A DNA stretch of 64,000 bases from an uncultured Blautia sp. (GCA_934372025.1 CAKROJ010000009.1:760-64759), one strand, 5' to 3'; positions 18,466 through 29,496 are shown, counted from the first letter of the stretch. Numbers and translations are program-made. The notes: generated by a model not told the origin, from the letters alone.

Positions 18466-19203
18466 ATGGAAGAAAAACATGCAATTGAAGTTTCTGATCT
18501 GGTCATCAGCTACCAGAATCTGAAGAAAACTTCTATAAAAAAGAACCTGCTTCATTTCAGACGCCAGAAGGCTGACCGTTTTGTTGCTGTAAAAGGAATT
18601 TCTTTTTACGTACGTGAGGGCGAAATTCTTGGTATTATCGGCAAGAACGGAAGCGGTAAATCTACTACTTTGAATGCACTTGCCGGTATTTTTTCACCTG
18701 ACAGCGGAACCATTGATCTTAAAGGACACAGCATTTCTCTTCTGTCTATCGGTGTTGGTTTTCAGCGTGAAATGACGGGAAGAGAAAACATCACCCTTTC
18801 AGGTATGCTTCTTGGTTTCTCTGAACATCAGGTTAAGGAAAAAGAGCAGGAAATCATTGATTTTGCCGAGCTTGGAGAATTTATTGACATGCCGGTCAGA
18901 ACCTATTCCAGTGGTATGTATTCCAAACTGGCATTTTCTATTACTGCAATTCTGGAAACAGACATCATGCTCATTGATGAGGTATTAAGTGTCGGTGACC
19001 AGAAATTCAAAAAGAAAAGCTATGAAAAAATGAAAAGTCTTATTTCCAATAAGGAACGTACTGTAGTCATCGTGTCTCACAGTATCGATACGCTTAAAGA
19101 GCTCTGTGATACTGTCATGTGGATGCATGACGGACAGATTCGCCGCATCGGAGAACCGGAACCAGTTCTTAAAGAATATGTTGATTTTATGGAAAAAAGC
19201 TGA
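18466..19203 (+). CDS. ABC exporter ATP-binding protein (TagH/Wzt-like)
   Basis: 245 aa. Walker A GKNGSGKST, signature YSSGMYSKLAF (the LSGGQ variant typical of TagH/Wzt) and Walker B IMLIDEVL. Confidence 0.88.
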   Translation: MEEKHAIEVSDLVISYQNLKKTSIKKNLLHFRRQKADRFVAVKGISFYVREGEILGIIGKNGSGKSTTLNALAGIFSPDSGTIDLKGHSISLLSIGVGFQREMTGRENITLSGMLLGFSEHQVKEKEQEIIDFAELGEFIDMPVRTYSSGMYSKLAFSITAILETDIMLIDEVLSVGDQKFKKKSYEKMKSLISNKERTVVIVSHSIDTLKELCDTVMWMHDGQIRRIGEPEPVLKEYVDFMEKS

Positions 19204-19216
19204 TTCCAGCACATAT

Positions 19217-19247
19217 AAAAGCCTGCATCAATGCGATGCAGGCTTTT
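19217..19247. terminator. Bidirectional intrinsic terminator
   Basis: AAAAGCCTGCATC aatgc GATGCAGGCTTTT lies between convergent genes. Confidence 0.8.
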
Positions 19248-19268
19248 CATTTATCTTATCAGATCAAT

Positions 19269-20696
19269 TTATTCATCTTCCGTATCCTGAATCTCAGGTT
19301 CATCTGTTACCAGATCCTTTACCACTGAATCCTTCAGTGCATTTGTCTGATCATCATTTACGCCTTCTGATACCTCTTTCTGGAAGAAAATCTTTACAGT
19401 CATAAGAAGCAGCTTCAGATCAAGCCCAAATGAGTAGTTCTCAATATAAAACAGATCAAGCTTCAGCTTATCATATGGTGTAGTATTGTATTTGCCATAT
19501 ACCTGTGCATACCCCGTGAGACCGGCCTTGACCTTAAGTCTGTAATAAAATTCCGGAATTTCCCTGCAGTATTCTTTGACAAGTGTTTTTCTTTCCGGTC
19601 TTGGACCGACCAGTGACATATCCCCTTTAAAAACATTAAATAACTGCGGCAATTCGTCAAGGTGAAGGTTTCGAAGAACCATTCCTACCGGTGTAATTCT
19701 GCTGTCATGCTTGGCAGCCAGTCTTGCTCCGTTTTTTTCTGAATCTACACACATACTGCGGAATTTACATATCTTGAAAGGTTTCCCGCCTTCTGTAAGT
19801 CTGTCCTGGAAATAAAATACAGGGCCTCTGTCATAAAGCTTTACACAAAGAGCAATGATCAGCATCAATGGTGACGCCACAACAATTCCAATTCCTGATA
19901 CGACAATGTCAAGCAATCTCTTCGCTGCCCGTTGTTCAATAGAAAGTCCCATATTCTTTGAAACCAGAAGAGGTGTATCAAATAAATGAATTCTTTCACT
20001 TCCCATCAGAATAACATCTGAAATCTTCGGACTCAGATAACATCGAATAGAATGTGCAAAACAATGCTTCAGATATCTGTTTCGAATATTGGACGGAAGA
20101 TCCCAGATAATCACTCCATCGTAATCCTTCATCATTCGATAGATTTCTTTTTCTCCGACTCTTATGTGTACTTTTCCACTGATATTATATTTGTCACGTC
20201 TGGAATTCATTTTGTGGATCAGATCACCAGGATCACGATCCCCATAAATCACCAGCAGTCTTCTTGCCTGATATAATCTGGAGTAAATGAATCTGGAACC
20301 CCATATCCAGATAAGAATGATCACAAACTGAACCAGTGTCATCTCTACCATCGGCCATGGTTTCAGAAACCATCGGTTGATCAGTGTAATCTGGAAATAA
20401 GTTACAATATTCGTACAAAGTGTTGCCAGTGTAAGCGAATAAAATACATCAATGCGTTTCAGATATCCTACCTTCAGTCCACCATAAAGCCTGGAGAACA
20501 ACACGTTGATCAATCCATAAATTGCGATCAGAACCCAGTTACCTTTTCTCCAGAATGGTTCAAAAATAAGCTCTCTGTAATAATCATACCAGATATATGC
20601 AAAAACAGCTGTCTGTGCAATTACAACAAGGCTTGCCAGGCAAAAGACTATGGTCCGTTTATATTTTTCCCGTCTGCTCACTGTTATCCCTCTCAT
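19269..20696 (-). CDS. Undecaprenyl-phosphate sugar phosphotransferase (WbaP/WcaJ/EpsL-type priming glycosyltransferase)
   Basis: 475 aa. N-terminal TM block, central Rossmann-like region and the C-terminal bacterial sugar transferase domain (RPLLIIALCVKLYDRGPVFY.Q.R..GG..F...KFRSM..D..DELPQL.NV..G.MSLVGPRP). Confidence 0.88.
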   Translation of the reverse strand: MRGITVSRREKYKRTIVFCLASLVVIAQTAVFAYIWYDYYRELIFEPFWRKGNWVLIAIYGLINVLFSRLYGGLKVGYLKRIDVFYSLTLATLCTNIVTYFQITLINRWFLKPWPMVEMTLVQFVIILIWIWGSRFIYSRLYQARRLLVIYGDRDPGDLIHKMNSRRDKYNISGKVHIRVGEKEIYRMMKDYDGVIIWDLPSNIRNRYLKHCFAHSIRCYLSPKISDVILMGSERIHLFDTPLLVSKNMGLSIEQRAAKRLLDIVVSGIGIVVASPLMLIIALCVKLYDRGPVFYFQDRLTEGGKPFKICKFRSMCVDSEKNGARLAAKHDSRITPVGMVLRNLHLDELPQLFNVFKGDMSLVGPRPERKTLVKEYCREIPEFYYRLKVKAGLTGYAQVYGKYNTTPYDKLKLDLFYIENYSFGLDLKLLLMTVKIFFQKEVSEGVNDDQTNALKDSVVKDLVTDEPEIQDTEDE

Positions 20697-20804
20697 CCGT
20701 TTAATTTCACTTTTATTTTGTCCTTTAACCTTATTATTATAACTTAAATCATTCTCCTCGTCCAGTGATTGACGTTTCCTTTCCCGGCTTGTATACAGTA
20801 TCTG

Positions 20805-20865
20805 TTTTGTTTTTGGTCGTTTTTGTCACTTTTTGATATTTTTGTCGATTTTTTTCGTTTGTTTT
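20805..20865. other. Phased T-tracts (about 10-bp period), predicted intrinsically curved DNA
   Basis: tgTTTTgTTTTTggtcgTTTTTgtcacTTTTTgataTTTTTgtcgaTTTTTTTcgTTTgTTTT. T-tracts start at 20810, 20820, 20830, 20839 and 20849. Confidence 0.7.
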
Positions 20866-20997
20866 AATACAGACTTAACAATCATAAAAAAAAACTATTA
20901 ATTAAAAGCATTTTTTTGTTCAAAAACGTAGAAATATTTTTGTAAAAAATGTATAATAGATTATACAAGCAATTTAAAAGGAAAGTGAGGGTTCACT

Positions 20998-22137
20998 ATG
21001 AAACAAAACAACATGTTAGCGATGATTCTGGCTGGTGGACGTGGAAGCCGTCTTCATGAACTGACCAACAAAGTAGCCAAGCCGGCAGTTTCATATGGCG
21101 GAAAATACCGCATCGTTGATTTCCCGCTGAGCAACTGCGCTAACAGCGGTGTAGACATTGTCGGTGTACTGACTCAGTACGAATCCGTTCTTCTGAATAG
21201 TTATGTAGCAGCTGGCGGACGCTGGGGACTTGATGCCAGAGAAAGCGGCGTCTTTGTTCTTCCACCTCGTGAAAAAGCAGATGCTGATCTTGACGTTTAC
21301 AGAGGTACCGCTGATGCGATTTCTCAGAATATTGACTTTATTGATAAATATTCACCGGAATATCTTCTGGTTCTTTCCGGTGACCACATTTACAAAATGA
21401 ATTACGACAAGATGCTGGATTACCACAAAGAAATGAATGCCGATGCAACAATCGCAGTCATCGAAGTACCGATGAAAGAAGCAAGCCGTTTCGGTATCAT
21501 GAACACAGATGGCAACGGACGTATTGTTGAATTTGAAGAAAAACCAGAACACCCGAAGAGCAATCTTGCTTCCATGGGTATTTATATCTTCAACTGGAAG
21601 CTTCTCCGCAAGATTCTTCTTGCAGATATGAAGAATCCTGATTCCCACCATGACTTTGGTAAGGATGTTATCCCGTGTCTTCTTAATGACAACAAGACAC
21701 TTGCAGCTTACAAATTCAAAGGCTACTGGAAAGATGTTGGAACCATTGACTCTCTCTGGGAGGCAAACATGGACCTTATCGATTCCAGAAACGAACTGAA
21801 TCTGAATGATCCAACATGGAAGATCTACACAGAAGACACTCCTGCTCTTCCTCAGTACATAGGACCGAATGCAAAAATTAACAAAGCCTTCATTACTCAG
21901 GGCTGCGTTGTTGAAGGTGAGGTAAACCATTCCGTACTGTTTACCGGATGTACAGTGGGCGAAGGCGCTAAGATCATTGACAGTGTACTGATGCCAGGCG
22001 TAGAAGTAGCCGCCGGCGCAGTTGTACAGCGTGCACTCGTTGCTGACAATGTCAAGATCGGACCGGGTGCTGTTGTCGGCAGTGCTGACAGCGAAAACAT
22101 CGAACTCGTGTCCAAACGTGTAAAGGGGGTAGAATAA
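20998..22137 (+). CDS. glgC: Glucose-1-phosphate adenylyltransferase
   Basis: 379 aa. [11 protein letters not shown]...[22 protein letters not shown], followed by a left-handed beta-helix C-terminus. Confidence 0.95.
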   Translation: MKQNNMLAMILAGGRGSRLHELTNKVAKPAVSYGGKYRIVDFPLSNCANSGVDIVGVLTQYESVLLNSYVAAGGRWGLDARESGVFVLPPREKADADLDVYRGTADAISQNIDFIDKYSPEYLLVLSGDHIYKMNYDKMLDYHKEMNADATIAVIEVPMKEASRFGIMNTDGNGRIVEFEEKPEHPKSNLASMGIYIFNWKLLRKILLADMKNPDSHHDFGKDVIPCLLNDNKTLAAYKFKGYWKDVGTIDSLWEANMDLIDSRNELNLNDPTWKIYTEDTPALPQYIGPNAKINKAFITQGCVVEGEVNHSVLFTGCTVGEGAKIIDSVLMPGVEVAAGAVVQRALVADNVKIGPGAVVGSADSENIELVSKRVKGVE

Positions 22138-22138
22138 T

Positions 22139-23254
22139 ATGGCAAGAGCATTTGGAATTGTCACATCTTCCGGAACCCATATTAAAGTAGAAGGAATGCA
22201 GCAGTACCGTCCGATCGGTGCATTCTCCTTCCTTGGAAGATATCGTGTCATCGACTTTCCTATTTCAAATATGAGCAACAGCGGAATCGACCGCATCCAG
22301 GTATATGTACAAAGCAAACCGCGTTCTCTGGCTGAGCACCTTGGAACCGGCCGCCATTACAATATCAACTCCAAACGCGGCAAACTTCAGCTTATGTTCG
22401 CTCAGAACAGTTCTGAAAACGACGTATACAACACAGATATCGCTGCTTTCCATGAAAACATCGAATTCATCGAGCGTATGCATGAACCATATGTAATCAT
22501 CGCACCATCTTACATGGTATATGCACAGGATTACAAAGAGCTTCTTGATACACATATCGAATCCGGAGCAGATATCACTCTTCTGTATCAGTCAGTAGAT
22601 AACGCAAGAGAAGCATTTATCAACTGCGATATTCTGAATCTGAACAAACAAAAAGGTGTTGAATCCATCGAAAAGAACCGCGGAAGCGCTCAGAAACGCA
22701 ACATCTTCATGGATACCTACATTATGAAAAAAGAGCTTTTCATTGAGCTGATCAAAAAAGCCAGAAAAATCTCTTCCATGTACACTCTGCCACAGATTGT
22801 AAACAGTCTTGCAGGTGAGCTTGATATCCGCGGAGTTGCTCACAGAGGTTACTTTGCTTCTATCACAGATTTCAACAGCTACTACAATGCAAACATCTCA
22901 CTGATCGACTTCAAGACAGCAGATGCACTGTTTAATCCGGAATGGCCAATCTATACAAGAACCAATGATTCCTGCCCTACCCAGTATCTGGAAGGTGCAG
23001 ATGTTAAGAATTCCGTTATTTCCAATGGCTGCATGATCGAAGGAACTGTTGAGAATTCTGTAATCGGACGTGGCTGCGTCATCAAACCTGGTGCTGTTAT
23101 TAAGAACAGTGTTATTCTGGCACATACCGTTGTTGGAGAGAATGCTCATCTCGAAAATCAGGTTATGGATAAATGGGCTAAAGTTATTCATGGCAATGAA
23201 ATTGTTGCTGAAGAAGGACATCCTGGATACATCCGCAGAGATGATGTACTTTAA
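22139..23254 (+). CDS. glgD: Glucose-1-phosphate adenylyltransferase, GlgD (regulatory) subunit
   Basis: 371 aa paralog immediately after glgC. It lacks the GGRGSRL loop (..PIGAFSFLGRYRVIDFPISNMSNSG), as in Firmicute GlgD. Confidence 0.9.
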   Translation: MARAFGIVTSSGTHIKVEGMQQYRPIGAFSFLGRYRVIDFPISNMSNSGIDRIQVYVQSKPRSLAEHLGTGRHYNINSKRGKLQLMFAQNSSENDVYNTDIAAFHENIEFIERMHEPYVIIAPSYMVYAQDYKELLDTHIESGADITLLYQSVDNAREAFINCDILNLNKQKGVESIEKNRGSAQKRNIFMDTYIMKKELFIELIKKARKISSMYTLPQIVNSLAGELDIRGVAHRGYFASITDFNSYYNANISLIDFKTADALFNPEWPIYTRTNDSCPTQYLEGADVKNSVISNGCMIEGTVENSVIGRGCVIKPGAVIKNSVILAHTVVGENAHLENQVMDKWAKVIHGNEIVAEEGHPGYIRRDDVL

Positions 23255-23289
23255 TAAGCCTTTATCATACATACTTTTTCTTTAACATC

Positions 23290-23321
23290 AAATACCCGAC
23301 CAGTTTGGTCGGGTATTTTTT
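23290..23321. terminator. Bidirectional intrinsic terminator
   Basis: AAATACCCGACC agtt GGTCGGGTATTTTTT lies between convergent glgD and the histidine kinase gene. Confidence 0.85.
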
Positions 23322-23345
23322 ACTTCATATGCTCATAAATTCATT

Positions 23346-24599
23346 TTATAACAGCACTGTAACAGTCAGTCCATTGCCATTTCTGTTTTCTGCGGTAATT
23401 TTTCCTTTATGTGTCAGAACGATTGCCTTTGCAACTGACAAACCGATTCCTGAACCACCAGTACCAGAGTTTCTGGAACTGTCCAAACGGTAAAACCTCT
23501 CAAACAACACATCCAGTTTTCCTTTTGGAAGTTCCTCCGCATCATTATAAACTTCCAGCAGAATCTTTCTTCCTTTCCGCTTCAGCGTCAGTTTGATATT
23601 TCCTTTATCAGAAGAATATTTCACTGCATTATCCATCAGAATTCCCGAAAGTTGTCGAATGGATTTTTCATCTCCCACATAAAAAATGTTGTTTTCAATC
23701 TCCAGTTCCAGATTCTTTTCCTTCGTCTGTGCCAGTGCTTCATATGACTCTACACTTTCTGATACTGCTTCTGAAAGATTAAATTCCGCAGGATTCTGAA
23801 GTCCTTTTTCCTCATCCAGACGACTCAGGGTTACCAGCTGCTGCACCAGTCCTGACAGACGCTGAATCTGTTTACGGGTACTCTTTGTCCACTGAGACTC
23901 CCCATTTTCCATTTCCATCACTTCTGTATTGGCATCTATGATCGTCAGTGGTGTTTTCAGTTCATGACTGGCATCTGTGATAAAACGCTTCTGTTTCTGA
24001 ATACTTTCTTCGACTGGCTGGAAAACCATTCGCGAAAAAATAACAACAAGAACAAAAACCGCAGCAAGTCCAAGAACAGAAACCGATACCGTCGTAATAA
24101 GTACTGTACGGAAATTTGAAAGTTCTCTCCTGCAGTCAAGGAATACGTATTTCACTTCGTCATCTGTATCCGTAACTCTGTAACGATAAATCCCGACAAA
24201 ACCTGTTGTATCTGCTTTCTTGCTGATTTCTTCTGCATATTCTTCTGCTGTACTTTCATCAACTGCTGCAATTCTGTCCAGATCACAGTCTGTAATTTCA
24301 CCATCTGAATCTTCTGTCACAGTAAAATATCGCGTCTCAAACGGTGTTTCTGCTGAAAAATGTGCTTTCTCCTCTGGTTTTTCCGGCGGTTCCGTTTTTT
24401 TATTTCCTTCATTCGGTTTCTGCCCGGTTCCTTCCGGGAACTTCCCGTCGTTCTGAGCAAGAAGAGATGTCATTTCATCTGCCCTGACCAACAGCTCTTT
24501 GTAATTACTGATATTGACAACACTCATAATGGCTGCAAGCACTACTAATGTGGAAAGCATCGCCACCAGAATAAATTTTTTTCTCAGTTCCCGTATCAT
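23346..24599 (-). CDS. Sensor histidine kinase
   Basis: 417 aa with two TM helices. H-box FITDASHELKTPLTII, and HATPase_c with GTGGSGIGLSVAK. Its start overlaps the response-regulator stop (ATGA). Confidence 0.9.
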   Translation of the reverse strand: MIRELRKKFILVAMLSTLVVLAAIMSVVNISNYKELLVRADEMTSLLAQNDGKFPEGTGQKPNEGNKKTEPPEKPEEKAHFSAETPFETRYFTVTEDSDGEITDCDLDRIAAVDESTAEEYAEEISKKADTTGFVGIYRYRVTDTDDEVKYVFLDCRRELSNFRTVLITTVSVSVLGLAAVFVLVVIFSRMVFQPVEESIQKQKRFITDASHELKTPLTIIDANTEVMEMENGESQWTKSTRKQIQRLSGLVQQLVTLSRLDEEKGLQNPAEFNLSEAVSESVESYEALAQTKEKNLELEIENNIFYVGDEKSIRQLSGILMDNAVKYSSDKGNIKLTLKRKGRKILLEVYNDAEELPKGKLDVLFERFYRLDSSRNSGTGGSGIGLSVAKAIVLTHKGKITAENRNGNGLTVTVLL

Positions 24600-25270
24600 G
24601 GCTGTATCTCCAGATAATATCCCTGTCCTCTTGCTGCTTTAATTTTCACATTTGCCTTAAGCCCAGTCAGCCGCTTTCTCAGATAAGAAATATATACCCA
24701 TACAACTCCAACGTCTGCCTCACTGTCATAACCCCAGATTTTTTCCATAAAGCGTTCCGTAGAAATCACCTGTCCCGGATTGGCTGCCAGAAGTTCCATG
24801 ATCTGAAATTCCTTGTTCGGCAGACGTATCACATCTGTTGGGGACTTCAGTTCAAAAGTTGTACAATCCAGCGAAAGATTACCAACGTTCAGTACAGAGC
24901 TCACCGCTTCTGTCCGTCTCCTTGTCACAGAACGTATTCTTGCCAGAAGTTCTTTCGCCGCAAATGGTTTACTCAGATAATCATCTGCACCACTGTCCAG
25001 TCCAAGCACACGATCATCCACCTCTGACCTGGCAGTCAGAATCAGTACCGGGACATCATTTCCCTGTTTACGGATATTTTTTAACACGGTAATTCCATCC
25101 ATCTTCGGCATCATAATATCCAGGATTGCTCCGTCATAGTTATCTGCTTCCAGATATGACAGTGCATCCTCACCATTATAAACAGCATCTACGGAATAAT
25201 TATTATGTTTGAGAATAACCACCAGAGCATCTGACAGCTCTTTTTCGTCTTCTGCAAGTAAAAGTCTCAT
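24596..25270 (-). CDS. OmpR/PhoB-family response regulator
   Basis: 224 aa. MRLLLAEDE..DIMMPKMDG..SKPF receiver plus a winged-helix output domain. Confidence 0.92.
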   Translation of the reverse strand: MRLLLAEDEKELSDALVVILKHNNYSVDAVYNGEDALSYLEADNYDGAILDIMMPKMDGITVLKNIRKQGNDVPVLILTARSEVDDRVLGLDSGADDYLSKPFAAKELLARIRSVTRRRTEAVSSVLNVGNLSLDCTTFELKSPTDVIRLPNKEFQIMELLAANPGQVISTERFMEKIWGYDSEADVGVVWVYISYLRKRLTGLKANVKIKAARGQGYYLEIQP

Positions 25271-25288
25271 ACGCCTGCTCCTCTTTTA

Positions 25289-26932
25289 TCATGCAAGTTC
25301 TTCCGGTTTTTCCACCTCATAATCTGTCCACTGTGTTGTAGAAGAAGCACCGGAAAGATCTGCGTTATCTGAATAAGAATCTACAGTTACAGTATAACTG
25401 CTTTCGCCTTCCACGTAAACTGTTCCGTCTGCTCCTTTTATAGTTACTGTATTTCCATCCGCATCAACGATCGTTCCGCTGTTGGAGAGACTTGTCAGCG
25501 TACTGTCACCTGTTACAGTCCATGTGCATCCATCACCGATATACAGATTACAGTATCCGTCTCCACCTTCACCGGCATTACTCTCATCATCTGTTACCAC
25601 ACCGGTAAGTGTACTGCCATCGGTCATATAGAAATCAAGCTGGCTGATACTGTCCCATACCACATCTCCCTGCATCTCCTGCTGTGTTGCAGTAAACAGA
25701 CAATCCGCTCCATTTTTTCCACTTTCACCCCAACCACGCTGGTTACTGTTTCCTGTACATTTCAGGAAGAAATCATTGTCATCTGCATACGTGATATTTA
25801 CATCGGAGAGTGTAATTGTAGATTCCGTATTGGTTGTGTAGAACATACCTCCATTCTTTGCTGTCAGAGTGCCGCCATCCATTTCAAAAGTGCTGTTTCC
25901 AACTTCAGAATCTCCTGACATACTCTGATAAAGAATTACATTCCAGGTACAGTCATTCTGTTCATCATCACTCATATTTCCTGTGAGATCTGAATCAAAA
26001 AGATGAATCGAGTTCAGACCTTCAATACAGATTGCTTCTGAACCATTTGCTGTCAGCGTTGCATTGTTCACTGAAATATCTGCTGTACTGTAAATTGCCG
26101 GAGAACCAACTCCATTAGAAGTATAGGTTCCGCCATTTACTACCATTGTTCCGCCGCCTCTGTCACTTCTGATGGCCGCCGAAGATTCTCCATTCGTCTC
26201 AACTGTCATATCCCATGCATAAAGCTTTCCTCCACCTGCTGCATGAATACCACCTGATGTATCCTGTTTGGTCGTAATCGTATCATTTGCTGCATAGACT
26301 GTTCCATCACCATAAGCAAACAGTCCGGCTGCTCCTTTGGAGTCCGTATCAATCGTAGAATTACTTACATAAGCCTCTCCGTCTGTCGCAAGGATTGCTG
26401 CCCCAACACCATAGAAGCTGGAGTTATCGCCGCCCTGACTGTCAGAGGATTCTCTTGTAATCGTTGAATTTTTGATAGAAACCTTTGCCCCATCCGAAAT
26501 ATGAGCCACATTTTCGTCAGTTCCTGTGGAACTCAATGTCTCTCCGTCTACGGTCGTGTCTTCTGTATAATCATTTACTGCATCATAGTTTTCCACGCCC
26601 TGAGACTGTCCTCCAGGTCCTCCCTTTCCATCTCCCTGCGGTGGTTCTCCATCTGGCTTTTCACCTGACGGGGCTTCCCCGTTATTTCCATCCGGCTTTT
26701 CGCCTGACGGAGCTTCTCCGTTATCTCCATCCGGCTTTTCCGGCGGTTCGCCATCTGGTTTCTCGCCCTGTGGGGCATTCTTGTCATCCACTGAAGTACT
26801 TTCCGAATCATCTGATTTGCTGTCTGCGGTACTCTCAGCTGCTGTCTCAGCGGTACTCTCAGCTGCATAGACACTTGCGGTTGACATACTTAACATTAAT
26901 CCAAGCATTACTGCTACATATTTTTTCTTCAT
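25289..26932 (-). CDS. Secreted protein with a Pro/Glu/Gly-rich tandem-repeat linker and a predicted parallel beta-helix (carbohydrate-binding-like) domain
   Basis: ORF 25289..26959. The ATG at 26932 follows AGGTGGA and gives MKKKYVAVMLGLMLSMSTASVYA (signal peptide). It has repeated GEKPDG(E/N/D).. units. Then comes a long Gly/Thr/Asn/Asp-rich region with a periodic ..G.A.V.NSTI.. pattern. It is the first gene of the operon with the two-component system. Confidence 0.6.
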   Translation of the reverse strand: MKKKYVAVMLGLMLSMSTASVYAAESTAETAAESTADSKSDDSESTSVDDKNAPQGEKPDGEPPEKPDGDNGEAPSGEKPDGNNGEAPSGEKPDGEPPQGDGKGGPGGQSQGVENYDAVNDYTEDTTVDGETLSSTGTDENVAHISDGAKVSIKNSTITRESSDSQGGDNSSFYGVGAAILATDGEAYVSNSTIDTDSKGAAGLFAYGDGTVYAANDTITTKQDTSGGIHAAGGGKLYAWDMTVETNGESSAAIRSDRGGGTMVVNGGTYTSNGVGSPAIYSTADISVNNATLTANGSEAICIEGLNSIHLFDSDLTGNMSDDEQNDCTWNVILYQSMSGDSEVGNSTFEMDGGTLTAKNGGMFYTTNTESTITLSDVNITYADDNDFFLKCTGNSNQRGWGESGKNGADCLFTATQQEMQGDVVWDSISQLDFYMTDGSTLTGVVTDDESNAGEGGDGYCNLYIGDGCTWTVTGDSTLTSLSNSGTIVDADGNTVTIKGADGTVYVEGESSYTVTVDSYSDNADLSGASSTTQWTDYEVEKPEELA

Positions 26933-27059
26933 AAAAAAATTCCACCTTTCATAGTACATATATCTTTTTGAAATACTTTGTTTTCGTTTCGATATACATA
27001 CTATAAAGGTGGAACTTTAATTCTACTTTAAATAATCCGTGAAGATTATGTGTATTATA

Positions 27060-27608
27060 TTATCTGTAATAATGTCTGCCATCGATTCCATTCAGGATGC
27101 ATTCCACTCCCTCAAGAATCAGATAAGCGCCGATCAGCACTCCCATAGAAAAGATCGTAATCATCGGTCGGAATATCAGAAGGATTCCGACTGCCAGTCC
27201 CAAAATATTCAGAACCAGTGAAATATTATAATAGGTACTTCCAAAATGCATCTTCATATACTGCAGATGAGAAAGTCTGGAAATACAGTGTGCAATGATC
27301 CATATCGGAAGAATCATTGCAAGTGCCCAGGTTCCTGCTCCCGGATGAGCGATCAACATAAAGCCTGCCATCACCGTCAGGATTCCGGTCACCAAAGATA
27401 TAATCGGACCAAACCCGGTAAAGTGTTCCACTTTTACATAAAGTACAATATCCGCAATTCCTGTGAAAATTGCAAGAATACCACACAAAATAACAATCCA
27501 GTTGATCACACCGATCGGCTGACGCATGATCACAACTCCAAGAATGATCAGGATTATTCCCATGACCAGTTCAAACCAGCCAATTTCAGACTTTCTGTTC
27601 ATTTGCAT
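27060..27608 (-). CDS. DUF308/HdeD-family membrane protein
   Basis: 182 aa, about 6 TM helices. GWFELVMGIILIILGVVIM.. is typical of the HdeD/DUF308 repeat. It overlaps the ftsH 3' end by 23 nt; an alternative ATG lies at 27602. Confidence 0.65.
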   Translation of the reverse strand: MQMNRKSEIGWFELVMGIILIILGVVIMRQPIGVINWIVILCGILAIFTGIADIVLYVKVEHFTGFGPIISLVTGILTVMAGFMLIAHPGAGTWALAMILPIWIIAHCISRLSHLQYMKMHFGSTYYNISLVLNILGLAVGILLIFRPMITIFSMGVLIGAYLILEGVECILNGIDGRHYYR

Positions 27609-29496
27609 CCGCCTCCTTTATCTCCGGTTTTATTTCAGTTTCTGTCTCAGATCTTGTTTCCGTAAGTGTCTCATTTTTTTCATCTTTCAGGATTTTCATG
27701 AACTCGTCACCGGTGATCGTCTCTTTCTCATAAAGATAGTTTGCCAGTGCATCCAGTTTTTCACGGTTATCCAGAAGGATTTTTTTTGCTTTCTCATGTT
27801 CTCTTTTGACAAGTTCAACTACTTTGCGGTCAATCTCGTTCTGGGTATCTGCCGAACATGCCAGAGAAGCATCCCCGCCCAGATACTGATTTGTCACAAT
27901 TTCCATTGCAACCATATCAAAATCCTCGCTCATACCGTAACGGGTGATCATCGCACGTGCAATCTTGGTAGCCTGCTCGATATCATTGGAAGCTCCTGTT
28001 GTTACTTCACCAAAAACAACTTCCTCTGCGGCACGACCGCCGGTAAAGGTTGCGATCTTATTCTCCAGTTCTTTTTTGGTCAGAAGATATTTATCTCCCT
28101 GCTCTACCTGCATGGTATAGCCAAGTGCACCTGAAGTTCTTGGGATGATCGTGATCTTCTGGACCGGTGCAGAATGTGTCTGCATTGCCGCCACAAGAGC
28201 ATGACCAATCTCATGATAAGCCACAACCTTCTTTTCCTGATCAGAAAGTACTGCATTTTTCTTCTGATATCCGGCAATAACAACTTCAATACTTTCTTCC
28301 AGGTCCGCCTCCGTTACTACTTCACGATTGTCACGGACTGCACGAAGTGCTGCCTCATTTATGATATTGGCAAGCTCTGCACCGGATGCACCGGATGCCA
28401 TCCTTGCAATCGTATGGAAATCCACATCATCTGAAAGTGGAACTTTCTTTGCGTGGACTTTAAGAATTGCCTCACGGCCTTCAAGATCCGGAAGTTCAAC
28501 CGGTACACGACGGTCAAAACGTCCCGGACGGGTCAGAGCCGGGTCAAGAGATTCCGGACGGTTGGTTGCCGCCAGAATGATAACACCATTATTTCCTTCA
28601 AAACCATCCATCTCTGTAAGCAGCTGGTTCAGTGTCTGCTCACGTTCATCATTTCCGCCTGCCATCTGGCCGTCACGCTTTTTACCAATGGCATCAATCT
28701 CATCGATAAATACAATACACGGAGCTTTTTCCTTCGCCTGTTTGAAAAGGTCACGAACTTTGGAAGCTCCCATACCGACAAACATTTCCACGAATTCAGA
28801 ACCTGACATGGAGAAGAATGGTACATTTGCTTCTCCTGCCACAGCCTTTGCAAGCATAGTTTTACCAGTACCTGGAGGACCTACAAGAAGAACTCCCTTC
28901 GGCATGGACGCACCGACTTTTGTATATTTTTCAGGATTGTGCAGATAATCTACAATCTCCTGGAGGTTTTCTTTTGCCTCTTCTTCACCGGCTACATCAC
29001 TGAAACGAATTCCCTCCGTTGATGGAACGTAAACTTTTGCATTGCTCTTTCCCATTCCAAATGCCATGGAATTCTTTCCGCCCATCTGATTCATCATCTT
29101 GCGGCTCAGGTACTGTCCCAGTGCGATAAAGATAATCAGAGGGAGCACGCCTGTGAGCAAAAAGTTTGCAACCGGCGACATCTGCTGGTCGATCTCCTTG
29201 GAAAATTTTGCCCCGGCCTTATAAAGGCGCTCTGTCAAAGTCGGATCTTCCATCACGCCGGTTTTGTAGATTGTGGTTTTGTCATCCTTGTCTGTAAAAA
29301 GGATCTGGTTGTCTTCTACCTGGACATCGTCGATCTTTTTATCCTCGATCTTGGTCATAAAGGTTCCATAATCGACTTCTTTAACCATCGTTTTTGTGAG
29401 CATCGGAGTGATAAGCACATTAAAGATGATTATGACCAGAAGTACCATTCCATAATAAAAGAGCAAGGGCTTTTTGGGTGTTTTTACTTCCTTCAT
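27586..29496 (-). CDS. ftsH: ATP-dependent zinc metalloprotease FtsH
   Basis: 636 aa. Walker [12 protein letters not shown] region, and the HEIGHA zinc motif. Confidence 0.97.
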   Translation of the reverse strand: MKEVKTPKKPLLFYYGMVLLVIIIFNVLITPMLTKTMVKEVDYGTFMTKIEDKKIDDVQVEDNQILFTDKDDKTTIYKTGVMEDPTLTERLYKAGAKFSKEIDQQMSPVANFLLTGVLPLIIFIALGQYLSRKMMNQMGGKNSMAFGMGKSNAKVYVPSTEGIRFSDVAGEEEAKENLQEIVDYLHNPEKYTKVGASMPKGVLLVGPPGTGKTMLAKAVAGEANVPFFSMSGSEFVEMFVGMGASKVRDLFKQAKEKAPCIVFIDEIDAIGKKRDGQMAGGNDEREQTLNQLLTEMDGFEGNNGVIILAATNRPESLDPALTRPGRFDRRVPVELPDLEGREAILKVHAKKVPLSDDVDFHTIARMASGASGAELANIINEAALRAVRDNREVVTEADLEESIEVVIAGYQKKNAVLSDQEKKVVAYHEIGHALVAAMQTHSAPVQKITIIPRTSGALGYTMQVEQGDKYLLTKKELENKIATFTGGRAAEEVVFGEVTTGASNDIEQATKIARAMITRYGMSEDFDMVAMEIVTNQYLGGDASLACSADTQNEIDRKVVELVKREHEKAKKILLDNREKLDALANYLYEKETITGDEFMKILKDEKNETLTETRSETETEIKPEIKEADANEQKV

